A stretch of DNA of 64,000 nt. Source: Cyanophora paradoxa CCMP329 (lineage: Eukaryota; Plantae; Glaucophyta). Each line of letters starts with the position of its first letter. Position 1 is the first letter of the stretch. The position numbers were made by a program, and so were the translations under genes. Shown here piece by piece: positions 36,369 through 49,240 of the stretch. Location of the stretch: assembly GCA_004431415.1 (NCBI GenBank), contig QPMI01000129.1, forward strand, positions 124,001 to 188,000. The letters are read 5' to 3'. The notes beneath the pieces were generated by a model. That model ran no database searches and was not told the origin of the DNA. It saw nothing but the letters and a program-made list of their open reading frames with translations.

Positions 36369-39300
36369 CTACACGAACATGGAAGCGAAGGCGTAGGGGC
36401 GGGGCGCGGGGGCGGCCCCCTCGGCGAGGGCGCGCTCGAGGGCGGGCAGGCGCAGGCCGCACTCGCGCGCCGCCCGCTCGGCGCGCTGCAGGGAGGCGGC
36501 GGCGGGGCCGGCGGCCCCCGCGGCGGCCTCGGCGAGGGCGAGGCGGAGGCGGGCGACGGCGTGGAAGGGGCGGAGCTCGGCCGCCTCGAGGGCCTCGGCG
36601 GCGCCCCGCAGCAGCTCCGCGCGGCGCGCCGGGGCGAGCCCGGGCTCCTCGGCCTGGGCCAGGGCGCAGAAGGGCGCAAGGCAGGCCAGCGACTTCTTCC
36701 GGAGGGCGCGCATCAGGCCCGCCAGCCGCCGCACCGCCCCCTCCGCCTCCGCCCCTCCGCCCGCGCCGCGTCGGCCGCCGCGTCGACGTCGGCCACGCGG
36801 GGGGGCCGGCGCAGGGGCGGCGGGGGCGGGGCGGCCGGCGCGGCGGCGGGCGTCGGCGGCGCGCCAGAGGAGGAAGTCGAGGGCGCAGGCGAGGGGCAGC
36901 ACGTGGATCCACAGCACCGCGTCCCCGTCCCGCGAGAGCAGCCGCTCCAGGCCGGCCGCCGCCGCCGCCATCGCGCCCGTCTCCCCGCGGGCGCGCCACG
37001 CGTGGAGGCCCCGCAGCACGGCCGCCACGGTCGTCGTCCAGAAGGAGGCCGCCCCGCCCCGCGCCTCCAGCCGCCCCAGCAGCCGCCCCGCCTCCGCCTC
37101 CCGCCCCGTGAACAGCGCGCTGTACCCCGCCACCTGGCCGCGGGGTCAGAGAGCGCTGGAATCGGGGGGCGGGGGGCGGGGGACGGGGCGCGCCATGGCG
37201 ACGATCTCGCGACCGTAGTCGGCGCCGCCGGTGCGGTGGAGGTACGCCTCGAGGCCGCGCGCGTGCTCCTCGGCGTCGCCGAAGCGCCCGAGGAAGAGGC
37301 GCACGTACGCGCAGTACGTCGCCCCGTCCACGTACAGCGGGCTCGACGCCTGCGCCCGCGCCCCCGCCCTCAGCGCCCGCCGCCTTCTCTCGAGTGGGCG
37401 GGGCGGGCCTTGTGGAGGAGGGCGCGGGCGGCGTCGAGGAGCTCTGCGGCGCGCGCGAAGCGGCCCGCCGTCGCCTCGATGTACGCCCCCTGCCGCGCCT
37501 CAGAGGGGCGGGGGGGAGAGGGCGGGGAGGGCCGGGGGCGGACGGCGGTCTTGGTCGCCTCGCGGACGACGTCGCTGTCGTGCCGCTCGCCGATCTCCGC
37601 CGCCCGCGCCATCATCGCCCGCCACTCCTTCTCCAGGCCCATGAAGTAGAGGAGCACCGAGAACCTGAGGGGAGGGCGGCCTCAGCGAGCCGACCGCCTC
37701 TCGCGGCCCGCGGCCCGCGGGTGGCGGACCAGGCGAGGCCGCGGCCCTCGGGCCAGTGCTCGTAGGCGCAGCGGCGGGCGCGCTCCATGCCGATGATGCC
37801 GCCCGTCATCGTGAGGGCGAGGGCGCTCGAGCCCTTCGCCTCCTCCTCGCCCGCCGAGCTCGTCTTCATCGCCGTCCACCCCGTGACCACGTACACCTCG
37901 AAGAGCGCCACCGTCTCCGCCTCGGCCGCCGACCACGCCTCCCCAGCCGCTGCCGCCGCCGTCGCGCTCGGCCGCTCCGGCCACTTGCGCTTCACCAGCG
38001 CCACCGCCCGCAGCGCGAAGCCTGCTCGTCCGCCCCCGGCGTTACGGGCGTGGCGCCAGGGCACAAGAAAAGGCGGGCGGGGGCGGACGGAGGAGCTGGG
38101 GGAGGGCGAGCTTGCGGCGGGGCATCTCGGCGCCGGCGCTCGCGATCGTCGCGAGGCCGAGGTTCAGCGAGAGCTCGGCGTGCCCCAGGTAGTACTGCGC
38201 GGGGGGCGCGGGCGGGCGGCGGGGTCGGCTCTCCCGCGGAGGCCTGCCCTGGTGACGGGGCGGGGCGTGGGGGGCACCTCGATGTAGCACCAGTTCTTGA
38301 GGGCGACGGTGCGGAAGCAGCGCCAGCGCGCCGTCTCCTCCGCGCTCGCAGGGGCCGCCCGCGAGGCCGCCGGCGCGATCCCGGCCCCCGCGGAGGCGGC
38401 GGCAGAGATGGCCGCGGGGAGGTGCGGGGTGCCGGCGGGGAGGGGCGGCACGGGGGGCCCCGCGAGCCCGAGCGAGTCGAGGAGGGCGACGAGGCGGGCG
38501 TAGAGGCGGGCCGCCTCGGGGAGCGCCCCCGCGTCGTGGGCGCGCTGGGCGGCCCGCTCGAGGTGCCGCAGGGCGCGCTCGGGCTCGCCGCCGCCCTCCC
38601 AGTGCAGCGCGAGGAGCGCGGGTCGGCGGCGGCGGCGGGGCGCGCCTCGAGGAACTCGGCGAAGCGGCGGTGCACGTGCCGCCGGTGCGGGGCGGTGAGC
38701 GACGAGAGGACCGCCTCGCGCACCAGCGCGTGGCTGAACACGAAGGGCGCCTCCTCGTTTGGCCACGCCGCCGCCTCCTCCGCCCCCACCTCCTCCGCCT
38801 CCTCGGCGGCGGTTGCGGCCTCGGAGGGGGCGGCGGCGCCGGCGAGGGAGGTGCGCCCCGCCTCGGCGACGAGGCGGGCGTCGGCGAGGGCGCGGAAGGC
38901 GTCGCGGAGGGCGACGGGGTCGCGCTCGGGGCCGGCCACCGCCGCCACCGCCGCCAGCGTGAACCCCGTGTCGATCACCTGCGAGGCGCGTGAGGCGGCG
39001 AGCGGAGGAGAGGGGAGCGGAGGGTGCCCTCGGCCGCAGGGCGCACGGCGGCGATCTTGAGGAGGTCGCGGGCGGCCGCCGGCAGCTGGTCCACCCGCGA
39101 GAGCACGATCTGCTGCAGCTGCGCGCCCCAGGGTCGGCGCGGGCGGGGCGGGGCGGGGCGGAGGGCGGGGCGGACGGAGTCCGGGAGGGCGGCGGAGTGG
39201 GGGGAGCGGCCCTCGGGGTCCCCCGCCGCCGCCCGCACTAGCTCCACCAGGTACAGCGGCACTGCTCAAGCCCCCGCGGGAGGCGGGGTCAGACAGAGCG

Positions 39301-42254
39301 CGGGCCGGGCCGGAGCGGGGCGTGCGCACCGCCGGCGGCCTTGTCGAGGACGCGCTCGAGGGCGGCGGGGGTCCACTCCACCCCGAGCCGCCCCGAGAGC
39401 CGCTCCAGCAGCTCCCGCGCCGCCCCGCGCTCCAGCGCCCCCAGCCGCACGTCCACCACGCGTACGCCGGCCCCGCCGCCCGCCGCCTTCTCCTTCTCCT
39501 CCAAAGCGGGGGCCGGCGTGGGGGTCGAGCGGGCGCTCTCGAGGATTCCGTCGTCCTCGCCGGAGGAGGAGGCGGCCGAGGAGGAGGGGTCCGGGGCGAG
39601 GCGCCCGGCAAGGAGCAGGAAGTCGCGCGGCGGCTCGGGCATCGGGCGCGAGGTCATGAGCAGCAGCAGCCGCGGCGCCGCCTCCCGCAGGCACCGCAGC
39701 ACGAACCACCTGCCGGCCGGCGAGCGTCAGCCCCACTCCCGCCCCGGAACCGAGCTCAAAGATAAAAGGAGAAAGGCGGACGAGGCGGAGTCGAGCCAGT
39801 GGACGTCCTCGAGGGCGAGGGCGACGGGCCGGGCGCGGGGGCCGGCGAGGCCCTCGACGAGGGCGGCGAGGCACGCGGCGACGCGCGCGAGGCGCCCGAC
39901 GCCGACGAGGGCGAGCCCGGGGGCCTCGAGCGAGCCGCGCCGGGCCACGTACGAGCGCTTGCCGTCGCCCTCGGGGCCGGGGGCGGCGGGGCGGGCGGCG
40001 GGGCGAAGAGGGCGGCCCAGAGGAAGGCGGCGTCCTCGGGGGCAGGAGGGCGGCGAGGCCGGCCGCGAACACCGCCTCGCTCGCCGCGCTCGTCGCCGAG
40101 GCCACGAGCCCGCGCAGCGCCCACAGCGGCGTCGACTCCTCCACCGCCTCCGCCCCGGCCCGCAGCAGCGCGAAGCCGCGCCCCGCGCACTCGCGCGCCA
40201 GCTCGTGCAGCAGCGCCGACTTGCCGAAGCCCGCCTCGCCCTCGAGCAGCACCGTCCCGCCCACCCCCGCCGCCGCCGCCGCCACCGCCCGCAGCGCCCG
40301 CTCCAGCTCCGCCCCCGCCCCAGGCACCCGACGCCCCCGCGGCGCGGCCCCGCGGAGGCCGGCGCCGGGGCGAGGGCGCGGGGGCGGCGTCGGGGCGGCG
40401 GCGAGGCTCTGGACGGAGCGGACGCGGGAGCGGGAGGTGTTGACGGCGGGCCGGCGTCGGGGCGGCGGAGGGCCGGAAGACGGGGACGGGCTTCTCGAAG
40501 CCCTTGGCGAGGATCGGGGGCAGCTCGGCGAAGGGCAGCGCCGCCCGCCGCCCCCGCGCCGCCACCGCCTCCACGACGCTCCGGTCGCACAGCAGCGCCT
40601 GCCGCCGCCCGCCGGGCGCCCCCGCCGCAGTCGCCGCCCGCGCCGAGCCCATCAGCCGCGCCGCCACGATCACCGCGTCCCCGATCTGAGGCGCAGTGAG
40701 GCGGGGCGAGGAGGGGCGCTCCGAGGTGTGCGCGGGCGCACGACGGCGAACTCGCGGCGGCAGGGGGCGCCCAGGGGCCCGCAGAAGGCGCGGCCGCCGG
40801 CGACGCCGGCGGCGAAGGGCGCGGCGGCCTCCTCGAACCACTCCTCGAGGGCGGCGGCGGCGCGGACGGCGCGCTCCGCGTCGTCCTCGTGGGCGAAGCC
40901 GCCGGCGAGGCCCCAGCAGAGCAGCGCGCTGCAGCCCTTCTCGTCCTGCGGGGACGGCTCGGCGGGGAGAGGGAGCGGCGCGGGGAGAGGGTGCGAGGGC
41001 CCCGCACCAGGAAGATCTTGTTGACGGAGGCGCTCCACTCGGCAGCGACGCGGTGCAGCGATCGCACGATCTGCGGGGCGGGGCGGGGCGGTCGGGGGAG
41101 GGAGGAGGGGCGGGGGCGGGGCGGGGGGACCTGGCCGAAGCGGGCGGCGGCGTCGGCGGGGGCGGCGGCGTGGGCGGTCGCGTCGAGCTCGGGGAAGCCA
41201 AGAAAAGCGACGAAGATGGGGCGGATCTCGCCGTACGGCCCGTGGCCCCCGCCAGCCCCGGCGCCGGCGCCAGCGCCCGCAGCGCCCCGCCCAGCGGCCG
41301 CAGCGCGAGCGCCGCCGCCGCCGGCTCCAGCTCGACCGGCGCGCCGCAGCTGCAGCGGTGGCCGGAGGGCGGGGAGGGGGCGTGGGGGGCGGCTGGGCGG
41401 GGCGAGGAGGCGGAGGAGGCGGGGGCGTCGGGGAGGGCTCGGCGGGGAGGCCCGGGAGCAGGGCCGCCACCTCGGCGCTGAGGAGGACCTCGCCGGCGCG
41501 CGACGCGGCCGCCGCCTCGCAGCACTGCCGCATCGCCTCGCCGCCGTGCAGCAGCTGCAGCGCGCCCTCGCCGCGGGCGGCGAGGGTGCGGAGCTCGCCG
41601 GCGCCGAGGCCGCAGTGGGTGGCGAGGGGGCAGCCGTTGCGCTCGAGGCGGAACTCGCGCATGGCGAGGGCCGCCTCGACGACCGCCCCCGCCGCCTCCC
41701 GCATCGCCCCCTCGTCCCCCTCCCCCGCCGGCCGGAACGCGATCACCGCGTCTGCGCGCCGAGCCTGAGGCGGGGGCGAGGGGGTGGCCCGCTCTCGGGC
41801 GCGGGTGCGGACCGCCAGCGAAGACGAGGGGCTCGAGGCCGCGGGAGTGGAGCTGGGCGACGAGGCGCGCCAGGAAGCCGTTGAGCGTCTGCGAGAGCCT
41901 CTCCGCCGAGTGCGCCTTGTCCTGCCCCGCCAGCGACGCCGCCAGCCGCGAGAAGCCCGACACTGCACGCGCCCCCGCATTGGCCGCAAGGAAGGGCGGG
42001 GCAGCGCATCGGGCCGGCCGCGTACTGTCGCAGAAGAGGGCGATGCCGTGGCAGGAGGAGTGCCAGGTGCGCGCCTCGCCGCCTGTCTGCGTCGCCGCGA
42101 GCAGCTGGTACGAGCTCCGCTGCGCCAGGAAGTTCCTCGGAACGTAGGTCAGCGTCTCCTCGTCGACGGCGCTCACGTCCGCTTCGGGCGGCGCGTCCGC
42201 CGAGAGGCGGATGACCTGCACGGCCGAGAGACGAGGCGCGTCCGGCTCGGCCAT
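36369..42254 (-). CDS. Soluble adenylate cyclase (ADCY10-like): two class III cyclase domains, P-loop STAND ATPase and helical repeats
   Basis: LFCD|VSGFSRL, FA(G)DAVIAF, DEKGCSALLCWGL, HEDDAERAV, GRAFCGPLG...RREFAV|IGDAVIVAARLM, KGFEKPVPVFRP, LEGEAGFGKS and LEDVHWLDSAS. Confidence 0.85.
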
Positions 42255-42802
42255 GGCCGCAGCGAGGGCCCTGCGGCCCGCGAAGGCGTACGGCCGCTAG
42301 CTATGCGCTCCACGCCCTCGGCCGACCGGCTCCGCGCGGCTCAACCGTAACTCGGCGTTACAACGCAGACCTCCGACTATTTCGCGCAATGCAGCTGGGC
42401 CGCCTGGGCGCCGTGCTGGCGCTAGGCTAGCAGCAGCTGCTGCGCAGCCTGCGCATGCTGTCTTAAGCTTGTTTCCGGTAGCTAAGCTCGCGGCTCTGCT
42501 GAGCTCTCCCTGCCTGCGCAAAAAGCATGCTCTTCCGGGCCGTTCCGGCCGGCCCCGCGACGGGTTGCGATCAAGCTCTTTGACGTGGCTTGCGTTCTCG
42601 GAACCTCGAATGAGCTCCTTGTCTTCCCCCCCACGGCTCCCGTACCCAGATCCGACCCTGCCAACGCCGTACCCGGCTTCGGCGCCGCCCTGCGAGACCG
42701 CGCGGCAGAGCGCTGGAGAGCGCTCTTGAGGGTCTGCACGAAGCACTGTGAGACCGCAGAGCCACCCGGCACACGCAGCTAAGTTAAGCAGCTAAAACCG
42801 GG

Positions 42803-45800
42803 ATGGCGTTCGCCCGGCTGGAGCAGCGCTTCTCCGCGCTGGACCAGAAGGAGCGGGATGTGCGGGAGTTCTACAGGAAGGGTAGCGCGGGCCGCAAGCA
42901 CCGCTACATCGGCTACACGGACGAGGCGGACGAGCAGTGGCTAGAGGCCAACCGGGCCCTCGTGGAGGACCCCGTCACGTGGTGCGCTGTTTCAACAGCT
43001 CTCTTTCTTCACACTCCTTCTTAGCTTTATCGCCAGGGCCGACGTGCGCGCCAAGCTGGCCGCGCCGCACCGGGGCGAGGCGGCGGCGGCGGCGCTGGCA
43101 GCGGAGGGGCGGCGGCGCCCGTCGCGGGTGCAGTCGGCGCCGGTGTACAGCAAGGCCAACAGCATCATGCGGCGCTATCGGCGGCTCCTCGCCGCCCAGG
43201 AGGAGCTCGAGCCGGCCGCCCTCGTCTCCGTGCGCCCCGCCCCGCCCCGCCCCGCCCCGCCTTTAACTCGCCTTACTCGCCTAGCTCGCCTGACCGAGCC
43301 TGCAGGAGCCGCTGGCGCAGCAGGTGGAGGACCTGAGGGGCGCCGCCTACGAGACCGTCGACGCCGCCTTCGCCGCGCGGTGCCCCCGCCCCCGCAGCGC
43401 TCGCCGCCCCGCCGCCCCGCCCCTGAGGCCCGCCCGCAGCGCGGAGCGCGTGCGGACGGCGCTCGCGTCGCCCCGCAACACGGAGGGCGACCTTCCGCCC
43501 GTGCTCAAGCCCGACCTCAGGGCGCGCCCGGACCCCTCGCCCCCCGCCACTCTGACTTTTTCTGAGCGGGCGGGGACCGGCGGGGCGCAGGCGGCGGGGC
43601 GCTCCTTCGTGCGGCCGAAGTCGGAGGCCTCGCGGGGCGCCCCCTCCGCCGCCTCCCGCGCCGCCAGCCGCGCCACCGCCGCCGGCGGGGGCGCCCCTCG
43701 CGCTCCTCGGGGCGCCGCTCGCCCCGCCGGAGAGCGGCAGCGAGGCCGAGGGCGGTCCGGAGGAGGCGGCCGGCGGGCCGCTCGACGGGCCCGAGGGGCC
43801 CCCGCCCCGCCCGCCGCCCCCGCCGCGGCCGGCCTCCTCCGCCTCCTCTTCGCGCTCGAAGGGGCCGGGGCCGGGGGCGGTGGAGGCGGGGGCGCACGTG
43901 GTGGAGAGCGTGGCGGAGGCGGAGGAGGGCCAGCCGGGGCGCCCCGAGTTCTACCACCTCAACGTCGCCATCCAGCACCACTCCGCCCTGGCCTCCTGGC
44001 GCTTCGACTGCTACGTCACCGTGCGCCCGCGCGCGCCTCCGCCCCCCTCCCTCCCTCCTCGCGGCCGCCGGCGAGGCCTCGCGCGTGCAGGACATCACGC
44101 TGGACGAGCGGCCGGTGCACGTGTACCGCAACCTGCGCGTCGACTCCGCCAACTTCCTCCTCTTCGGCCCCCGCGGGCCCGTCCTCGCCCCCTGCGGTGC
44201 CCCCACGCCCGCCCGCCCCGTCCGGGGGAGAGCGAGCGCGCCGACGCGCGTGGCCGGCGCAGAGGACTTCCCCTGGGTGCGGGAGCCGCGGGACCTGCAC
44301 GGCCACGGCCTCCGCATCGAGGCGCGCCGGGGCCCCCTCTCCCCTGCGCCCCTCCCCCCTGAGGCGCGCCGCGCCCGCCAGGTCTTCTCGACGCACCCCG
44401 TGCGCTCCCGCGTCGTCGACTCCTGCGTCTACTTCGGGCGCAGCGCCCAGGGTCCGGCCCCCCGGCCTCCAGTGCTCGCCGTTCTTCGCTTGACCGGCCC
44501 GTCGCCGGCAGAGCGGGCGCTGCTGCAGTCGCGCGCCGTGGCGGAGGCCCTCGCGGCGGCGGCGGCGGCCTCGGCGCCCGTCGTCCCGCCCCGCCCCTCC
44601 TCGTCCGCCTCCGCCCACCGGCTCCACCACGAGCCCTCCCACGAACTCCTCCCCCCGCCTCCGGTGCCACACCCCGCCTCCCCTCCTGTCCCCCGCGTCT
44701 CGCCTCGCCCCCCTCCTGAGCGCCCCGCACGCAGGCCCCGCTCCCGTCCTCCTCGGGCCCCTCCGCTGCCGTGCCCAGGACCCGCTCCGCGGTGCGCTCT
44801 GTTGGCCCGCCCGGCCGCTACCACTCCTCCGCTCCGCTTCCGGGGCTGACCTCCGCGGGGCGGCAGGAGTCGCTGCGGCGCTCGGGCTCTGCCGGCTCGG
44901 CCCTCGCGCGGGGCGCCTCGGGGGCCGGCCCCCCGACGCAGGACCCGGCGCTGATGGTGACGAGCCTGAGGCGGCAGGCGTCCCGCGGGCCGCCGGCGCC
45001 GGGCGAGCTGAACGCGTCGGTGGATTCGGAGGCGGGGAGCAGGCGCGGCGCCGACGTGCGCGAGGCGCTGGAACGGATGCGCGCCAAGGCGCGAGCCCGG
45101 CCCGGCCCCGGCCCGGCCCGGCGGCTGAGGCGGGGGGTGCAGATGGCGGAGGAGCTGCGGCAGCGGAAGGAGAGCCTGCAGGCCGACGTCGCCGTCGGTG
45201 CGCCCTCCCCCGCACTGTTCCTCCCCTTGTCGCTGAGCGCCCCGCAGGGCAGCGCGAGCTCGAGGAGATCGTCCGCCTGCCCAAGCCCCGCTCCGCCCCG
45301 CCCCGGCCCTCCGCCCGCGCGCGGCCCGCCCCTCGCCCCGCCCCGCGGACCCTCCGCAGCACGCCCCGACCCCCTCCCGCCCCCTCCGCCCCGGCCCAGC
45401 CGCAGCCGCCGCCGCAGGCGCAGGCGCAGGCGCAGGCTCAGGGCCGCCTGGGGCGCCTCCTCCCCCGGCGCTGGGGCTGGCGGGGCGGGGCGGCCGGGGT
45501 CGGCGGGGTCGGTGGAGGCGCCGTCGGAGATCGGGGCGTGGAGCGACCGCTCGGGGCGGCGCTCCTCCCAGGCCTCCTCCCTCCTCTACGCCGCCCCCGC
45601 CAGGCCCTCCCCACGCACCAGGCCCGCCCCCGCCCGCAAGCCCGCCCCGGCCCCCGTCCCCCTCCAGCACCGCACCCGCGCACCGCCAAGGTGCCCATGC
45701 GGCCCGAGCCGCTCGGCGCCCCCGCGCCCCCGCACCCGCACTCGCACGCGCACGAGGCCGCAGCGCCGTCCTCCGCGCCGGCGCCGGCGCCGGCGCCCGG

Positions 45801-46126
45801 GCCGGCGGTGAGCCCGCGGACGGGGGCCCGAATGTACGCGGTGGTGCCCGCGGCGCGGCCCGTGGGCGGGCCCCTCGCCGGCGTGCGCCTCTCGGGAGCG
45901 GGGGAGCCCGCGCGGGTCGGTGCACGCGACGCCCCGCGGCTCCGTGCACCCGTCGCCCCGGGCCCCCGCGCAGGCGCCGGAGCCTCCGCCCGCGGCCGCC
46001 CCGGGCCCCGCGGGCGACTCCGAGCCTGAGTTCGAGGGCTCGGAGCCCGAGGCGGGGGCCCCGCCCCACGGCGAGCAGCCGGCGGAGAAGCGACCCGGCG
46101 TCCTAGTGCCCAGTGCCCTAGTATAG
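42803..46126 (+). CDS. Hypothetical multi-exon protein
   Basis: Coding-like exons (MAFARLEQRFSALDQKERDVREFYRKG...; PEFYHLNVAIQHHSALASWRFDCYVT|DITLDERPVHVYRNLRVDSANFLLFGP) are separated by host-style introns. No family recognised. Confidence 0.55.
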
Positions 46127-46173
46127 TATCGCTCATTCTGGAGTTCTAGTGACAAGCGCTAGCAGTGGTCGGG

Positions 46174-47754
46174 TCAGTGGGCGGGGACGGGGGCGGCGGG
46201 GGCCTCGGGGCCGGGCTCGGCCTCCGGGGCGGGGTCGTCGAGGTCCCACTGCACCTCGGGCAGCGCCTCCGCCTCCTTCGCCCCGTTCAGGTCGATCAGC
46301 GCGTTGCTCTGCCCGCCCCGCTTCAGAGAGGAGGAAAGAGGGAATGTGGGCGGGGGGCGGGGCGGGCCTCGGCGCAGAGGTCGGCGACGGAGATGCGCCC
46401 CCGCCGCTCGATGAACTTTGCCACCTTCTCCATCTGCGCTCAGGTGAGCTCAGCTCAGCTCAGCTCAGGAGGAAGCCGCCGGCGCCGGTCCAGGAGGCAG
46501 GGCAGGGCGGGCCTCCTCGCGGGTGACGCAGATGAACTTGCCGCGGTCGTCGATGACGCCCGAGATGCGCCCCATCTGCTCCAGCGTCGTCACCCGGCTG
46601 ATCACGTCCTGCCCGTCCCCCAGCCGCCGTCAGAGGGCGCCGGAGGGCGACGCGGTGTAGCTGCCGCCCCTTCCGATCATCCGCGACGTAACGCTTAGAT
46701 TTCGGCTCGTTACCGCTGCTCATTGTACAACGGCTCTTTGAGCGGCTTGGGCGGACCTGGGGCTTGAGCTTGAAGTGGCCCCCGATCTCGTCCAGCGGCA
46801 CCACCTTCCTCCGCTGCGGATGTACCCCTCTTCGCGGGGGGTGCGGGGTGCGGGGTGGGGCGGGGCGGGGGTGCCTGGATGTAGGCGATGAACTCGGCGA
46901 GGAGGCCCTGGCTCTCGGACTCCTCCTCCACCGTCTTGCTCCCCTCCTGCGCGCGCCCCGCCGCCCCCGCCCCCGCTCAGCCGCCCCCGCGCGCCTCTTC
47001 CGAGGCATGCGCAGCGGCGCGGCGCGCCTGCTCGGTGCTGAACATGTGCTTCCACTTCTCGTACTCCTCCTGCTCCTTCTTCTCGCGCTCCTCCTTCAGC
47101 TTCTGGAGCATCTCCGCCTCGCGCCGCTCCTGCTCCTCCCGATCCTCGTCCTTCTTCTTCCGCGCCTCGTCCCGCGCCTTCTGCTTCTCCTCCTTCGCCT
47201 CCAGCAGCGCCCGTTGCTCCTGCGCCCCGCCGCGCCCCGCTCCGGACCGCCTGTGACCCTCGCGCCGCGCCGCGCGCTCCGCACCTGGCGCCGCTCATCG
47301 CGCTCCTGCCGGTTGCGTTCCTTCTTCGTGCCGCCCTTCTTCGCCCCCGCGGCGCCCTCATCGTCCGAGCCCGCGTCCGCGACGACCGGCTCGTCCGCTG
47401 CCGAGCGCGTCGGCGCTGCGCCCGCGCGGTGGGCGGCCAAATCGCACGCACCACGCTCACCGGCGCCCGCGGCCACCCGGTTGCGCATCGCCGCCAGGCC
47501 TCCGCGCCCGCGCCGCTGCCGGACACCGCCGCGCTCATCGCCGTCGGCCTGTGCGGGGCGAGCCGGGTCACTCGCAGTCACGCTCGTGAGCGCTGCGAGA
47601 GGCGCACTGCTCGGGCGCCGGCCCGCCCGGCCTGCAGCTGCTCGGCGACCTCCTCCGCCGTCTCTTGCGCCGCTTTGTTCCTTTGTGCCTTCAGGAAGGC
47701 AATGAGGAAGAGGGAGAGCATGAGCAGCCCCATCATGGCTGCGATGGCCTCCAT
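46174..47754 (-). CDS. DDRGK1: DDRGK domain-containing protein 1 (UFBP1, ufmylation adaptor)
   Basis: N-terminal TM, E/K/R coiled coil, [20 protein letters not shown]|[44 protein letters not shown] and SNALIDL. Confidence 0.95.
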
Positions 47755-47822
47755 CTTGGCGGTCTTTGACGGGGGGTCTCTCTCTGGACGGGTACGCGTC
47801 TTGGGCCATCCAAGTTGCTTCG

Positions 47823-48177
47823 ATGGCGGGCGAGGCGAGCGCGCCGGCGCCGGCCGGCACGAACCCGCGCACCATCGTCTTCCTACTCACCGCCATCGTC
47901 GTTTCGACCGTGATCATCGTTGTGCGTAAACTCCCGACCTCGCCCCCGCCACGCTCTCTTCGTCGCAGCGAGAGAACGACGCTTCCGCGCGCAGCTCTGG
48001 GAGCGCCACCCGGAGGTGCTGCAGTGGTTCGTGTACGAGACGGCGGACCCCACGGAGAAGACGGTTTCCATCGTCATGTTCTTCGTGGCGTGCGCCCTCT
48101 TCGGCTACATGTCCTCCATCTGCATGGCGCGCGTTGTCACTTCGGCCGCGGATCGCGAGGCGCGTAAGCAGCGTTGA
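47823..48177 (+). CDS. Small two-TM membrane protein, hypothetical
   Basis: Two exons: MAGEASAPAPAGTNPRTIVFLLTAIVVSTVIIV|LWERHPEVLQWFVYETADPTEKTVSIVMFFVACALFGYMSSICMARVVTSAADREARKQR*. Confidence 0.65.
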
Positions 48178-49240
48178 AGAGCTGTGTCTTGCCAGTTGAG
48201 CTCGAGCAACTGTCCCGTGTCGTCAGCGTCGTCCAGGCCGCTGTCTCAACAAGCAACAAGCGACGCCCATATGCATGCAAGGCGGCCCGAGAGCACGCCT
48301 GTCGCAAAACGCAACACCCGACATACTTCGAGCTCACCCGGCCGCGGCCCGCTGGGCGTCGGGCCACCAGCAACTGCAGCTGCAGGCTGCAGCTGCGCAT
48401 GTAAGTGCATATTCGAACGGCCGTACATAAGCATTCGCGAGGCGGCGAAGACACCCCCAGACAAGCACCAGTGGGCCCGCGCCAGCAGCGAACACCGTCG
48501 GCGTCTCGCCCTAGCGTGTGGACAAACGTCGCGCGCCAGTTGAGCTAATCGTCTTTCAGTAGCTATAGCTTTCAGTAGTCGTGTTTAATTTAATCTTCAG
48601 TCGACGAGGCCAGCCTTACAAGAACTTAACAGCTGGCAGGTTTCGCAATCGGCGCGGCCGGCGCCCCCGTACACGTATTGCATGGCTTTACATGTGTGAG
48701 ACCTATAGCTAGCACGAGGCTGCAGCTGGGAGCAGTTGGGAGCTATAGCTAGCTAAAGCGCTAGCTATAGCGCTGGCCCGGCCCGCGGGCTCGAGCTCAC
48801 GTGCACGTACACAGCTGCGGAACTGCCGTTGCATGCGCAGGAGCTGGTCTGGAGCGAGCGCAACTTGGACCGGAAGGGCCATGCACGTCGACGTCGGAGC
48901 TCCGAATTCGAAGATACGTGTCGAACTTTGAGGGCCGAGGGTCGGGGTACGGCGCACAAAGGTTCAGCAGACGCGGCGTTGCAGGAAGCAGCCGGGCGCG
49001 GAACAAGCAGATCGCGGCGTTAGCAAATCTCAGCATTTAGCCAGGTCTTTGGACGGGAGCGCGGCGTGCACCTGGCGGGGCAGTTACGCAGCGAGCGAGC
49101 GCCGCGCGGGGCGGGCGTGCGGCAACTCCTTCAATAGGAGCATAAGAACCATACAACAGCCGATTGCAGTGCATGCGAGGGGGAGCGTGGGAGCTCGAGC
49201 TGCCGGTCGACTCGGAAGTTGGGGTTCCGGCTCGCTTACG

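Noticed and set aside
39756-46069. Very long Arg/Gly/Pro/Ala-rich ORFs in the ORF track (also 12539-14326, 18407-20032 and others)
   Set aside because: These are shadow frames and intron read-through caused by the scarcity of stop codons at high GC. Conserved motifs switch frame at splice sites.
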